Source: Octopus sinensis (taxonomy: Eukaryota). Taken from it: a DNA stretch of 64,000 nt. The notes under the pieces were generated by a model. That model had not been told where the DNA came from. It saw only the letters and a program-made list of their open reading frames with translations, and did not search any database. The translations under genes and the position numbers were made by a program. Of this stretch, positions 39,264 to 52,852 are shown in pieces. The stretch covers positions 1-64,000 of the forward strand of contig NW_021835562.1 of NCBI RefSeq assembly GCF_006345805.1. The letters are read 5' to 3'. Each line of letters begins with the position of its first letter. Position 1 is the first letter of the stretch.

Positions 39264-39639
39264 TGGAGGCGCAATGGCCCAGTGGTTAGGGCAGCGGACT
39301 CGCGGTCATAGGATCGCGGTTTCGATTCCCAGTGTGAGTGTTTATTGAGCGAAAACACCTAAAAGCTCCACGAGGCTCCGGCAGGGGATGGTGGTGATCC
39401 CTGCTGTACTCTTTCACCACAACTTCCTCTCACTCTTTCTTCCTGTTTCTGTTGTACCTGTATTTCAAAGGGCCGGCCTTGTCACTCTCTGTATCACGCT
39501 GAATATCCCCGAGAACTACGTTAAGGGTACACGTGTCTGTGGAGTGCTCAGCCACTTACACGTTAATTTCACGAGCAGGCTGTTCCGTTGATTCGGATCA
39601 ACCGGAACCCTCGTCGTCGTAACCGACAGAGTGCTTCCA
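39264..39639 (+). mobile_element. tRNA-derived SINE-C (tail type 1)
   Basis: TGGCCCAGTGGTTAG and GGTTTCGATTCCC boxes; possible TSD atatacat(a/t)tgc. Confidence 0.9.
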
Positions 39640-40095
39640 TATATACATTTGCACCTCGCCCGCTCAAGTGGAACAGCTCTTCCCGAAATATCCTGTCCTG
39701 CTTTGAACTTGTAGCTACCACAACCAGTTCGGCAAGCAAATATTTAACTTTTTCTCAAAAGCATCACAACACACTTTTACATCTACATCAATGTAGAAAG
39801 TAACAACACTTTTTCACAAACTCCAACAAAACAAATTCGAAAGAACGAGTTGTGCCAAGAAACAGATTCGAGGTTTTCAAAATTCAGTGACGGCCCAATC
39901 ACTACGCTGACACGCTTCAGCCTCCGCCCCCAAAGACCTGCTGTCTCCTCCTACCTCGCTCTCCCTCTGTCTGCCTCCTTCTCTTGCTTCCTCTCTCTCT
40001 CTCTCTCTTTCTCATCACTATAATAACAAGCTATGTTCTTCGGGGCTCGCTCGTCACGTACCCCCACCACTCGAACTCCTCCCACACCACCCGAG

Positions 40096-40230
40096 GGGAC
40101 AAATAAGGACAGACATAGGTATTAAGTCGATTACATCGACCCCAGTGCGTAACTGGTACTTAATTTATCGACCCCGAAAGGATGAAAGGCAAAGTCAACC
40201 TCGGCGGAATTTGAACTCAGAACGTAACGA
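40096..40230 (-). mobile_element. SINE-B fragment
   Basis: Family sequence. Confidence 0.85.
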
Positions 40231-40749
40231 CACCACTACCACCACCACCAGTCATTGCACGAACCTCTGTTACCAGTCCTTCTCCCCTATATTATCCTCT
40301 CACTGGAACCTCCACTCTACTCATGTCTTTCCTGCAGATGTTGACCTGCAACATTTTAAAACAATCGTTAACGCCATCAAACTCACTGGGTTCGGTGGGG
40401 CTGCAGATATGAAGGGCACTGCCCCTTCTTCCTCCAGATTCAGCAAGTAAAAGAAAAAGTCCTAGAATTGCTAGCCACGTCTTTTCGGGTTCAGCCCCTA
40501 CTACGTGGCACCTTGGACAAGTGTCTTCGACTATAGTCCCGGTTTGACCAATACCTTGTGAGTGACTTTTTGAGCGGAAACTGTGTGGAATCCCATCGTA
40601 TGTGTGCATATATTACATATCAATGTGTGTGTGTGTACGATCTATGTATGCTTGTACGTTTTTGTGTTTATACATGTTCTTCTCCCCCACCACTGTGGGG
40701 CAAAAACCTGTGTTCGGCAAAAAGAGAGAATAAGGACCTTGCATAAATA

Positions 40750-41030
40750 TTAATACTAGGGTCGATTTGTTTGACTAAACCCTTCACGGCGGTGCCCCAG
40801 CATGTCCGCAGTCCATTGACTGAAACAAATATTAGGTGGGGTGAGATAAAATAAGTATAGATGCATCAAATAAAAACAAAACGTACCTCACAGTTGTGTG
40901 GTAAGTAGCTTGCTTACGAACCACATGGTTCAGTCCCACTGCGTGGTACCTTGGGCAAGTGTCTTCTACAATAGCCTCGGGTCGACCAAAGCCTTGTGAG
41001 TGGATTTGATAGACGGAAACTGAAAGAAGT
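40750..41030 (+). mobile_element. SINE-A fragments (3' module and head)
   Basis: gggtcgatttgtttgactaa... and gtggtaagtagcttgctt...ggaaactgaaagaag. Confidence 0.75.
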
Positions 41031-41402
41031 TCCTGTTTTTGTTCAAAGACTTCACAAACTGCCTCATTAAACCTAGTTTATTGTGCAGTGCTGGCTAAAA
41101 TGATTTTATCTCTGACAACCAAAATACTGCGATTAAATTCTTTTCTCCAACGACTATGTTTTTTTTCCGATACCATTCTCCCATCCACTGCTCACCCTTA
41201 GATTTACTGTCCCAGAGACATTAACCAAGGATGCTTGGTGTATTCACTCTGCTGACCCAGGAAAAAATTCGCCTTCTTAAGTTCCATACATATTATCCAT
41301 TGGTGATCGTGGCAAGGCCAAGGCGGCAATGTTTCTTACTTTCAGTTATATTAGTTGAGTGACTATTTAGGATTGTTCTATATTTGTTACTATTGTGTAG
41401 AG

Positions 41403-41621
41403 CAGTGGTTTTCAACCAGGGTTCCGCGGAACCTTAGGGTTCCGCCAGTACAGTCCGGGGGTTCCGCAAGAAGTTACAAAACTGCTAAAGTCGGCAGTAA
41501 TTTTTAATTCTCCTGTGCAGATATGTGTACATAAGACTATTAAATTATTGCACAGGGGTTCCTCGAGCCAGTGGAATGTTTCCTTGGGGTTCCGCTCCAG
41601 CAAAAAGTTTGAAAAGCACTG
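41403..41621. mobile_element. hAT (Charlie-like) MITE
   Basis: TIRs CAGTGGTTTTCAA and TTGAAAAGCACTG; 8-bp TSD GTGTAGAG/TTGTAGAG. Confidence 0.85.
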
Positions 41622-42300
41622 TTGTAGAGGCATACGTTTTAAACTCACTTTTTACATATTTTGATCAGCGAGTGGCAAAATGCGAAATAATTTTCCTCCC
41701 ATTAGAACGGAAGTATACCGATTTCTCCATTGTGATATTACATGAACAATTGCAGCGTGGAAGGTGTTAATAAGCCATTTGAAAACACACAAAAACCGTG
41801 CTGCATTTGTGCAGCACGGAATTTTGTCAGTGAATAGGTTTCAAAGCGACGAAAATATTTTGACAAATAAAATCTAAATGTTGAAGTGAATCTAACGGTT
41901 TTTGTGTGTTTCTTAAATGGCTTATAAACACCTTCCACGCTGCCATTGTTTTCGTTCCAGCACACGATCTCAGATCAGGTCATTTGCTATGCATTACATG
42001 ATTTTGGCAAAGTTATTGAGAGGTGTAGTCTCAAAATTTAGACCTGCCAGACACAAATGAAGGTAATATTCTTATTCAGTGTCATGAATAAACCCAGAGC
42101 CGAGTCAGAAACTGAGGCACCAAAAGACTTCGTTAAAGATGTTCCCCACTATAGCTTATGCAGTCCTGAATGCAACAGAAATGAACAAGAGCCAACAAAC
42201 ACGGACAATATGGCGCCCATGTAGTTTCACTTTGGAGGTTATAACCGAAAAACCGTATTTTAGATGGAAGCTAAATATGGTTTAATTGGTGTGTGTGTGT

Positions 42301-42345
<45 letters not shown>

Positions 42346-42708
42346 TGCCTGTATGTCTGTCTGTATGTATGTCGGTCTGTATGTATGTCTGTATGTCTGT
42401 CTGTCTGTTTACGACAATACAACTCGCCATGCGCCATCAATTGAACATCTCACACGATCTGCGTCTTACTGTTTCTTTCTAGACCCACTCTCTTTCCCCT
42501 TCTGGTCCCTTCCATACTGCTACATCCCTTTCTACCTATCTTTCGATTTCTCTTATAAAAGTGCCCCGTTTGTTGCTAACAATCAATGAATCGCTATTCC
42601 TGTGTCTCTACGTCTTCATCTTCTTCCTCTTCTTAACCTTCTGGCATTTCCTGTATGTTGTTCTATCTATCTCTCTATATCTTTGTAACACACACCCACA
42701 CACACACA

Positions 42709-42763
<55 letters not shown>

Positions 42764-42802
42764 ATACATACATACATACATACATACATACATACATACA
42801 TA

Positions 42803-42843
<41 letters not shown>

Positions 42844-42954
42844 AGAGAGAGAGATAGATAGATAGATAGATGATTGTATGTGTGTATATATATGCATGTA
42901 TATATGTATATATGTGTATGTATGTGTAGGTCTATATATGTGTGCATGCGTATG

Positions 42955-43004
<50 letters not shown>

Positions 43005-43616
43005 ATACCATATATATCTATACATGTATACACACACACGCACACACATATATATATACACACAGAAAACATACATGTGTATGTACGAGGGATGGGCGAG
43101 AGCATTTCCCTCTCACTGACCTCGATTTTACATTTACATTCTTCCCTTCCATACGTACTTTAGACACCTAGAAAATTCCTCTAAAGCCATTACACCACCT
43201 CTAACACTAATACACGGCAACAACCACCACCACCATACCACCACCGCCACCGCCACCACCACCACTACAACAAAAACAACAAGAACGTGACCACTGCACA
43301 AGCACGAAACGAGTTCAGGCCAACTATTTACTTAGGCTCTTGTGTAAATATGACAAAGTCTTGACCGGAAATGAATGCATTCCTTTATCAATATAAACAC
43401 ACGCACACACACAAGCTATATACATATATATTTACACTTGCATGTGTGCGTATGTATATATATATATATATAATATATATATATATAGTGAGAGAAAAAG
43501 AGTGTTAGAGAAAGAGGGAGAGGTTTGTTTAGACACAAACTACTCGAGCACTTTTAATCATTTGTACACACTCACATATATATATATATATATATATGTA
43601 TGTATATATAGATGTA

Positions 43617-43662
<46 letters not shown>

Positions 43663-43684
43663 TATTATATATATATACATATAT

Positions 43685-43737
<53 letters not shown>

Positions 43738-43805
43738 TGTGTGTGTGTGTATATATATAATATATATATATATATAATATATATATAGATGTGTGTATAT
43801 ATTAC

Positions 43806-43876
<71 letters not shown>

Positions 43877-43879
<3 letters not shown>

Positions 43880-44108
43880 GGTTGGCCAAAATTCACCTGA
43901 CAGTAATCAAGACCATTTAATTTCTAGATTTATTCATGTTTAACAACTGAATGAATTTAATAAAAAACATAGAAATATGATACATCATGAAAAGTGTTCA
44001 AACTGAAGTCCTTCTTGAGCGACACATTTTTCCATTCAAGTCAATACAGAATTACAGATAGTAATTATGGAATTTTAATTTACTGTCGTGTGCCTTTGTC
44101 CAACCCTG
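43877..44108. mobile_element. Tc1/mariner-type MITE
   Basis: TIRs CAGGGTTGGCCAAAATTCACCTGACAGTAAT and (reverse complement) CAGGGTTGGACAAAGGCACACGACAGTAAAT; TA on both flanks. Confidence 0.8.
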
Positions 44109-44395
44109 TACATATATTTATATTTATATCGAAGTGATTTTACTACTACTATTAATTTTTTTACTATAATCATCTCTTAAATATAGCCACGAAACACGTG
44201 TCGTTATTCTACCAAGTATATACATTTTTATTATTTTGCAATTTACTTAATCATCGGTATATTATTGTTATTTTAATTTTAATATTTTTATTATATGTAA
44301 TTTTCTAGATGGTGTAACTTAATTGTTCATTTTGAATTGATAAAAGGTGGGTTCTTTCCAATTAGTATATATGTGCGTTTGTGTGTGAGAGATAG

Positions 44396-44518
<123 letters not shown>

Positions 44519-44628
44519 TAACTGAATTTCCTTTCCTCGCGATCCAAGTGCTTTCGTGAAATAAAACTCTATTTGAAAGAAAAGGAATAGTTTTTGAAAC
44601 GAAGATTTATTCAACGAGTATTGGCTAG

Positions 44629-44687
<59 letters not shown>

Positions 44688-45002
44688 CTCGCTCTCTCTC
44701 TCCCTCTCGTCTCTCTCTCTCTCTCTCATGTCTCTCTCTCTCTCTATAATATATATATTATATATATAATATATTATATAGATATATATATAATAGGGAG
44801 TATATCCACACTTACAGGGGAAATTAGATTTAGATTTTGAAAATATAAATTTTAAAATCTAAATTTTTAATAATTTAAATTTTAAATTTTATATTTTATT
44901 TATCTATTATATTATATTAATTTATTTTATAATTTTGTTTTTTATTTTTGGTTTATTGTCTATCACTGTTTGAGTTGCCTAATAGTGGTTATATCTCTAA
45001 TT

Positions 45003-45040
<38 letters not shown>

Positions 45041-45170
45041 TATATATATATATATATATATAATATATATATGATAAAACACGGAGAAAAATGAACAACA
45101 AGAAAAAACAACAACGCGAGCATGTGATACATGCAAAGTATGAATAAGACACTCTGAGAAATAAAGGGCA

Positions 45171-45204
45171 TTTTACGTTTCGAGCAAAGATCTTCTTCAG
45201 AAAG
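45171..45204 (-). ncRNA. Minimal hammerhead motif (H2-related) with intact core
   Basis: CUUU-CUGAAGA-A-GAUC(UUU)GCUC-GAAAC-GUA-AAA; lies in a PLE-terminus-like repeat ending in (TA)n near 45060. Confidence 0.55.
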
Positions 45205-45290
45205 AAGAGACAGAGGAAAGTTCAAGAGAAGAGTCATAAACAATAGACATTATTTGAATCCATTTATTGGGACATACTCTTTACACTTTT

Positions 45291-45687
45291 CTCTTTTACT
45301 TGTTTCAGTCATTTGACTGCGGCCATGCTGGAGCACCGCCTTTAGTCGAGCAAATCAACCCCGAGACTTATTCTTTTGTAAGCCCAGTACGTATTATCTA
45401 TCGTCTCTTTTTGCCGAACCGCTAAGTGACGGGGACGTTAACACACCAGCATCGGTTGGTCAAGCAATGCTAGGGGGACAACACAGACACACAACACACA
45501 CACACACATATACATATATATACATATATAACGACAGGCTTCTTTCAGTTTTCCGTCTACCAAATCCACTCACAAGGCATTGGTCGGCCCGGGCTATAGC
45601 AGAAGACACCGCCCAAGATGGCACGCATTGGACTGAACCCGGAAACCATCTGGTTGGTTAGCAAGCTACTTACCCACACAGCCACTC

Positions 45688-45739
<52 letters not shown>

Positions 45740-46205
45740 GCACACATATATTATATGCATATATATTATATATATATATATATACTCTCTCTCTCTATAT
45801 ATATATTATATATTATATTATATATATATATATAGGTGCAGGAGTGGCTGTGTGGTAAGTAGCTTGCTAAACCAACCACACGGTTGCGGGTTCAGTCCCA
45901 CTGCGTGGCATCTTGGGCAAGTGTCTTCTGCTATAGCCCCGGGCCGACCAATGCCTTGTGAGTGGATTTGGTAGACGGAAACTGAAAGAAGCCTGTCGTA
46001 TATATGTATATATATGTATATGTGTTGTGTTTGTGTGTCTGTGTTTGTCCCCCTAGCATTGCTTGACAACCGATGCTGGTTGTGTTTAGGTCCCCGTCAC
46101 TTAGCGGTTCGGCAAAAAGAGACCGATAGAATAAGTACTAAACGGTGGTGCTCCAGCATGGCCGCAGTCAAATGCCTGAACAAGTAAAAGAGTAAAAAGA
46201 GTAAG
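45291..46205. mobile_element. Head-to-head inverted pair of full SINE-A copies separated by (TA)n
   Basis: - copy 45291-45688, + copy 45841-46205. Confidence 0.92.
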
Positions 46206-46231
46206 AGTATATATATATTATATATATTTAC

Positions 46232-46263
<32 letters not shown>

Positions 46264-46288
46264 TATTATATATATATATTATATATAT

Positions 46289-46345
<57 letters not shown>

Positions 46346-46567
46346 TAATATATATATAATATATATATAAATAATATATATGCATATAATATATTGCATA
46401 TAATAATATTTGTTTGTGTATATATCATTTGTATTGACTCGAATGGATTTTTTAGTACTCTATTTATTTTATGTAATTGATTTATCGTATCTTTTTATGT
46501 TTTTTCTATATGGTATGATTTAAGTATACCATTGTTGAATGGCTTTTAAGGTGGTTCTTCTCTAATT

Positions 46568-46600
<33 letters not shown>

Positions 46601-46621
46601 ATTTATATTATATATATTTAT

Positions 46622-46652
<31 letters not shown>

Positions 46653-46779
46653 TAATATATAATATTATATGTATTATTAAATATATATATTATATATATA
46701 TAATATAATATTCTATATATATTTATATCATAATAATACTAATTATATATATACTTATATATATATAATATAATATATA

Positions 46780-46834
<55 letters not shown>

Positions 46835-46840
46835 ATATAT

Positions 46841-47320
46841 TGTTGTATTTAGGAATGGTCATTTGCCAGTTTAGCCAATAAAACACAAGCACTATATGTT
46901 TGGTGTTACTTTGCTTCAGCGTTATTTATTTTTTACATTAATCTTAATCTTATTTCGGCCAGAGTTCTTTCGTCACATTCCCGTGACCTCATCAGTGGTC
47001 CTGTGCTTTCTTCTTTCTTATTTGTTTGTCTCTCCTTACTAACGGTCATCCATTTTGTATTTTGTATTTCTATTGTATGTGTCTTCATTTGCGCATGCGT
47101 ATACCTTTATGTGTGTCTATGCTTAGTTACTTGGGGAGGGGAAATGCCTGTAATATTTGTATCTCCTGTTTATATACGTTCGTGTAATTTGTAAAAGTAA
47201 CACCAGATATATAGTGCGTGTGTTTTTATTGGCTAAACTGGCAAAATGACCATTCCTAAATACAACAATATCTGTTTCAACACACGATTTCACATCAAAA
47301 ATCTTACAAAACAATTATAT
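46841..47320 (-). mobile_element. Non-coding H1 element with fold-back ends
   Basis: Arms 46841-46912 and 47194-47268 are inverted; both ends in (TA)n; no ORF. Confidence 0.8.
46957..47001 (-). ncRNA. Type I hammerhead ribozyme motif (H1 copy 2)
   Basis: GGACCA-CUGAUGA-G-GUCACG(GGAA)UGUGAC-GAAA-GAA-CUC-UGGCC. Confidence 0.8.
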
Positions 47321-47324
47321 ATAT

Positions 47325-48255
47325 AACTAGCAGTATTGCCCGGCTCGTGCGCTCGTGCATCCTATGCAATCGCGAATTAAGCTAAACTTGGATGAAGTTC
47401 ACTCAAAATTCAATTATTTTGGTTTTTAAATCAGCATTTACATAATGCCCTCTAATTTTGCGCTTATGTGTTCCATTTCCTCAATAGGAGTACGTAGAAC
47501 CGTTTCATAAATTTTTGATGATCAAATAATTGCATTGTTGAATTATTCTTTTAGATCAGTATTTCTCAACGGGGATTTCAGGGAGAGTTACAGGGAGTCG
47601 CTGGTGATGTATCGTAATGATCAAAAATCCGGCCTGCTAAAATTTGGTTAAAGTGATTCAAACTGCAGACTCAACGCAAAATGGTCACATTTAATTCAAA
47701 GTGTTAAAAATGTTATGAAAACAATTGGTATGTGTTCACAAAGTCCAAACGATTAATACGAAAAAACCTCCAGGCTACATCCCGAAAATTCATTTCTTTG
47801 CAGAATTTCTACAATGTTTACGGCGATTCGTTTTTATATCTTGATTTTTTATTTTTCATGCAATTTACGCATGCTTGCACCCGTGGTGAACATAGTTCAC
47901 GTCAAACAGCTGACTGAGTAAAGTTCACTATTCAATGCATGGGATAAGGCCTAAACAAACACATTATCGATTTTTGCACTTGCGAGATGAATTTCGGAAC
48001 AGAAACAGCGCAGTTCAATTTTCATTCGCCTAAACTTTAAGTGACCCATTTTTGGTGGTTCTACGATTTGTTGGCTAGGAGGAGATGTGCCGGGAATTTC
48101 AGAAGAGAAATAGCGCAGTTCAATTTTCATTCGCCTAAACTTTAAGTGACCCATTTTTGTGGTTCTACGATTTGTTGGCTGGGAGGAGATGTGCCGGGAA
48201 GTTAAACACACAGACACACACACAGACACACAAGTTGAGTTTTATATATAGAGAT
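47325..48255 (+). mobile_element. Helitron-like non-autonomous element with internal 95-bp direct repeat
   Basis: Starts ACTAGCAGTATTGCCCGGC and ends ...cacacagacacac...ttttatatatagagat; repeats at 48001-48096 and 48106-48200. Confidence 0.6.
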
Positions 48256-48847
48256 TTTGTATACGTCATTCAGGACATCACTACCGATAGGAATTAGTTA
48301 TCTTTTCTAGAACTTATTAGGCCGAACTCCTTGTTAGGCGACATGAATGAACACAGCATAAACACCAATCGTTATTGTCGTAAATGTTGACACGCCGATA
48401 TACTGAAATATTTGTGTATGTATGTGCGTGCGTGCGTGTATGTGTGTGTGTTTGTGAGTGTGTGTGTGTCTGTGTGTTTGTCTACATATACATATTATGT
48501 GTGTATGTTTGCGTGTGCGTATCTGTGTCAGACAGATAGAGACGTTATTTTAATTAGTTTAAACCCGGAGACAGTTCGTTGCTAGGTGAGATCTTTAGCC
48601 AATAATACGCTCGGTCATAAGCTCTGATTGAAAGTATGGAGGCGCCATAAAGCCCGCCTTGGCTCTAATTCATTTCTGCTGCATTTTGAATTACATATGC
48701 TACACTGCTCTACAAATATACATGTGTATCTACATACATATCTACTTGTGTGTGTGTATGTGTGTGTGTGTGTATGTGTGTGCGCGCGCGAGTATGCATG
48801 TGTATACATATGCTTATATACGTATGTAGATATAAATGCATGCATAG

Positions 48848-48882
<35 letters not shown>

Positions 48883-49163
48883 ATATATATATTTTACATT
48901 ATATATATATTATATATATACGCACACACACAGATATATTTAAGCATATATATATGTGTGTGTGTGTGGTGGTTTTGTATATATTATATCATATATGGAT
49001 ATATATATATATATAGAAATTCGGGGTGAGTACTTGATAATTATAAGCACCTGTGTATACCGTTTGGTGGTGTAGGTGGTGGAGTATATATGTATATACA
49101 CTTATACGCATACATATATATATACATATACATGTATATATACATACAATGTATATACATACA

Positions 49164-49212
<49 letters not shown>

Positions 49213-49514
49213 TGGGAGAGAGAGAGAAAAGGAAGAGAGAGTGATTGATATAGTGTGATTGCCCTTCACAGGGGTTCTAATATCTGGCTGAGGTAATACT
49301 TATTTAGGGTTTCTAGTTCATGGAGGTTTTATTACATGTACGTATATGTGTATATATGTGTGTGCCTGTGTGTCTATGTGTGTGTGTATCTGTGTCTGTG
49401 ACAATAGATAGATAGATAGATCTTTTATTTTCTATATGTTTCTGTCATTAGACTGCGGCCATGAAATAAAAACAGTACTGTACTACATATTTTTATTATT
49501 ATTATTTTTATAAT

Positions 49515-50193
49515 TTACTCGTTTACTTGTTTCAGTCATTTGACTGCGGCCATGCTGGAGCACCACCTTTAATCGAGCAAATCGACCCCGAGACTTATTC
49601 TTTGTAAGCCCAGTACTTATTCTATCGGTCTCTTTTGCCGAACCGCTAAGTGACGGGGACATAAACACACCAGCATCGGTTGTCAAGCAATGCTAGAGGG
49701 ACAAACACAGATACACAAACATATACACACACATGCACATATATATGTATACATATATACGACAGGCTTCTTTCAGTTTCCGTCTACCAAATCCACTCAC
49801 AAGGCTTTGGTCGGCCCGAGGCTATAGCAGAAGACACTTGCCCAAGATGCCACGCAGTGGGACTGAACCCGGAAGCATGTGGTTGGTTAGCCAGCTACTT
49901 ACCACACAGCCACTCCTGCGCCTATTTGTATATATTTATTTTATTATAAATGCAAAACAACACCGTGGAGGAATCGACGTAAGCTTAAATAATAAACCGT
50001 GGCAGGTGAACCGTGATATGGCGACGGATCACTGTATATATACGATGGGATTCTTTCAGTTTCCGTCTACCAAGTCCGCTCACAAGGTTTTGGTCGGCCC
50101 GAGGATATGGTAGAAGACACTTGCCCAAGGTGCCATGCAGTGGGACTGAACTCAGAACCATGTGGTTTTGAAGCAAACTTCTTACCACACAGT
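49515..50193 (-). mobile_element. SINE-A full copy plus head fragment
   Basis: 49515-49916 and about 50040-50193. Confidence 0.9.
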
Positions 50194-50360
50194 CATGTCT
50201 AAGCTTATAATTTCTAGATGAGAGTTATCTCGGCGATCACCCACAATACTAAACTATCCAGAATGCTTGTTTACATATACATACAGTGAGGCTGCTAAAT
50301 TTCTGTATACGAATTTACGTACACATTGATGGGTATCGGCAAGAGAGCAATGAACAGTAT

Positions 50361-50672
50361 GTGGAGGCACATGGCCAAGTGGTTAGAGCAGCGGACTCGC
50401 GGTCGAGGGATCGGGTTCGAATCTCAGACCGGGTGATGTGTGTGTTTATGAGCGAAAACACCTAAGCTTCACGCGGCTCCGGCAGAAGGTCATGGCGAAA
50501 CTTCTGCTGACTCTTTCGCCACAACTTTCTCTCACTCTTTCCTCCTGCATCTTGCAGCTCACCTGCGACGGACCGGCGTCCCGTCCAGGTGGGGAACCTA
50601 TACGCCAAGAAACCGGGAAACCGGCCCTTATGAGGCAGGCATGGCTCGAGAAGGAACAAAAAAAAACAAAAA
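50361..50672 (+). mobile_element. SINE-C (V-like tail type 2)
   Basis: 13-bp TSD CAATGAACAGTAT (50348-50360, 50673-50685). Confidence 0.92.
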
Positions 50673-51613
50673 CAATGAACAGTATAAATATGTAGACTTC
50701 TAATCCAACCAAACAACTTAGACGAGTGCATTCTCTTACATGAAAAGATAGAAACAGCGCTGGATTAACCATTAAGAAAAGAGCACGTACTCAGGCATCA
50801 AGGGAAAGGAGTCAACACAGAAATGGCACCAGTTGCGTATCTATTCTTGAAACAGCTGTAAGGAACAATCTGCGCACATTCTCCTCTTTCAGTTTTAAGG
50901 GTTTATCTGTCACAACCAGCACTGGATTAACCATTACGCAAAATAAGCACGTGCTTTGAGCATGAAGGAAAGGAGTGCACAACAGAAATGGTAAATGGTC
51001 TACGGCACAAAAGAAATTACTTTTAAACTTGCTAAAATAATATTCAGTGGGCTTTATGTGAATGGAAATATAATTTTGAAGTGTTTATGGTGTCATGGTG
51101 ATGATCTGGTCAAAGACTTTGCAAAGCAAAAAAAAAAAGGAAGAGAAAACTTTCTAAATATAAATAAAGTGGAAGTATACAAAAAAAGTGGAGGCGCAAT
51201 GGTCCAGTGTTTAGCGCAGCGGACTCGCGGTTGGAGGATCTAAGGGACTTTTGATATATGTCACCGGCATCATTGAGGTCAGGAAAAAATTATCAACGAC
51301 ACCGCTAATTGGCACATTTGACACGCTACTAATTAGCATAATAGCATCGCCTGGATAAAGCGGATTACATGGGAAAATGCGTGCAAGAGAAATAATATTC
51401 TCTAAGATTATAAATCTGGAAAAATACAGGATAAGCTATTATACTTGGAAAAGTTCAGGACAAGTTATTACATCTCGTAAAGTACAGGACAAGAAAATTG
51501 CAGCTATGGATAAAATATTTTGAGTTATTTGTAATTTTTAATAGAATATAAAGATGGCTGAGACAGAAAGAAAACGAAAGGCGAAAAATAATCCTTTCTC
51601 TTATAGTCCCAGG

Positions 51614-51925
51614 TGGAGGCGCAATGGCCCAGTGGTTAGGGCAGCGAACTCGCGGTCGGAGGATCGCGGTTTCGATTCCCAGACCGGGTTTTGTGTGTGC
51701 TTATTGAGTGAAAACACCTAAAGCTCCACGGGTCTCCGGCAGAGGGTGGTGGCGACCCCTGTTGCACTCTTTCTCTCAATCTTTCTTCCTGTTTCTTGAG
51801 TAACGCTGCGATGGACTGACGTCCCGTCCAACTGTTGGGGGGGGGCACATACGCCACAGAAACCGGGAAACCGGGCCCATGAGCCTGACTAGGCTCGACA
51901 AGGGCGCATAAATATAAATAAAATA
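51614..51925 (+). mobile_element. SINE-C (V-like tail); truncated head also at 51188-51239
   Basis: Family head; tail gctgcgatggactgacgtcccgtcca...gggcccatgag. Confidence 0.88.
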
Positions 51926-52034
51926 CAAGAATAAACATTATTTTCCTTCTCACTGTTAGTTTTGTTTCATTTTGTAAAATAAAAATATATTTTATGGTTT
52001 ATTGTTGTTTATATTTTGAATTACATATATATAG

Positions 52035-52108
52035 GTGAATCAAAATATTTTAAGTGCTTAGGGCTTCTATGGGTCTTAATCCGGCTCTTGGTAGAGAGGA
52101 TCAAGAAA
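52035..52108 (+). CDS. Putative host-gene exon (ESKYFKCLGLLWVLIRLLVERIKK), phase 1 to 0
   Basis: AG at 52033-52034 (alternative in-frame AG near 52061), donor AAA|GTACGT; 122-bp intron to the next exon. Confidence 0.6.
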
Positions 52109-52230
52109 GTACGTAATGGTGAAAGCTTCGCAGCTACGGACCGCAAATTTGATGACAGTGCATCTATTATTCGTCCTGAGTGTCAATACGATATATTTAT
52201 CGTTGATTCATTTAACACTGTGTTTTTTAG

Positions 52231-52340
52231 GAACCAAACTACCGTGATAAACGAGGAGAGACGTATCATAAAAATGGCCGCGGTTTACGTACATTCAAAG
52301 GCTTAGTAAAAGACGGATGGGAAGAGAATATCGCTAACGG
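52231..52340 (+). CDS. Putative host-gene exon (EPNYRDKRGETYHKNGRGLRTFKGLVKDGWEENIAN), phase 0 to 2
   Basis: Branch-like tttaac, tgttttttag acceptor, donor GG|GTATTG; in-frame stop just past the donor. Confidence 0.7.
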
Positions 52341-52852
52341 GTATTGAACTACATTCCTATCGAATACATTTCAACATATATGTATTTCAGTGCGTCAGGA
52401 AGCGTGTGTGTATGTATGTATGTGTGCATGTGTGTGTACGTTGTTGCGTGTGTTTGTGCGGTATGCGTATGCGTGTGTGTAAACGGGAACCATCCCTGAC
52501 TCAAATGACACTCACGATATTTTGTCAACACTTATCCGTAGCAAACTACGATCGAACTCCGACTCTTTTTGTCATAAGCTAAATTTTTCTTGCGGCAGAA
52601 AAGTGACTGTGCCTATATGTACGTGCGCACACTCTGTATGTGTACGTGTGTATATATACATATAAACAAATGCGTTGGTGTTATTCTCATCCAACGCTCT
52701 CTCTATCTCTTCTCTCACTCTCACTCTCACTATATACATAGATATAGATATAGAAATAGATATATAATATATATATATATATCTATATATATATATATAT
52801 ATAATATATAATATATATTATATATATATATATATAATATATTATATATATT

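Noticed and set aside
50755-51000. Two 75-bp similar segments starting CAGC(G/A)CTGGATTAACCATTA
   Set aside because: Probably truncated DNA-transposon ends; no matching inverted end or TSD to classify them.
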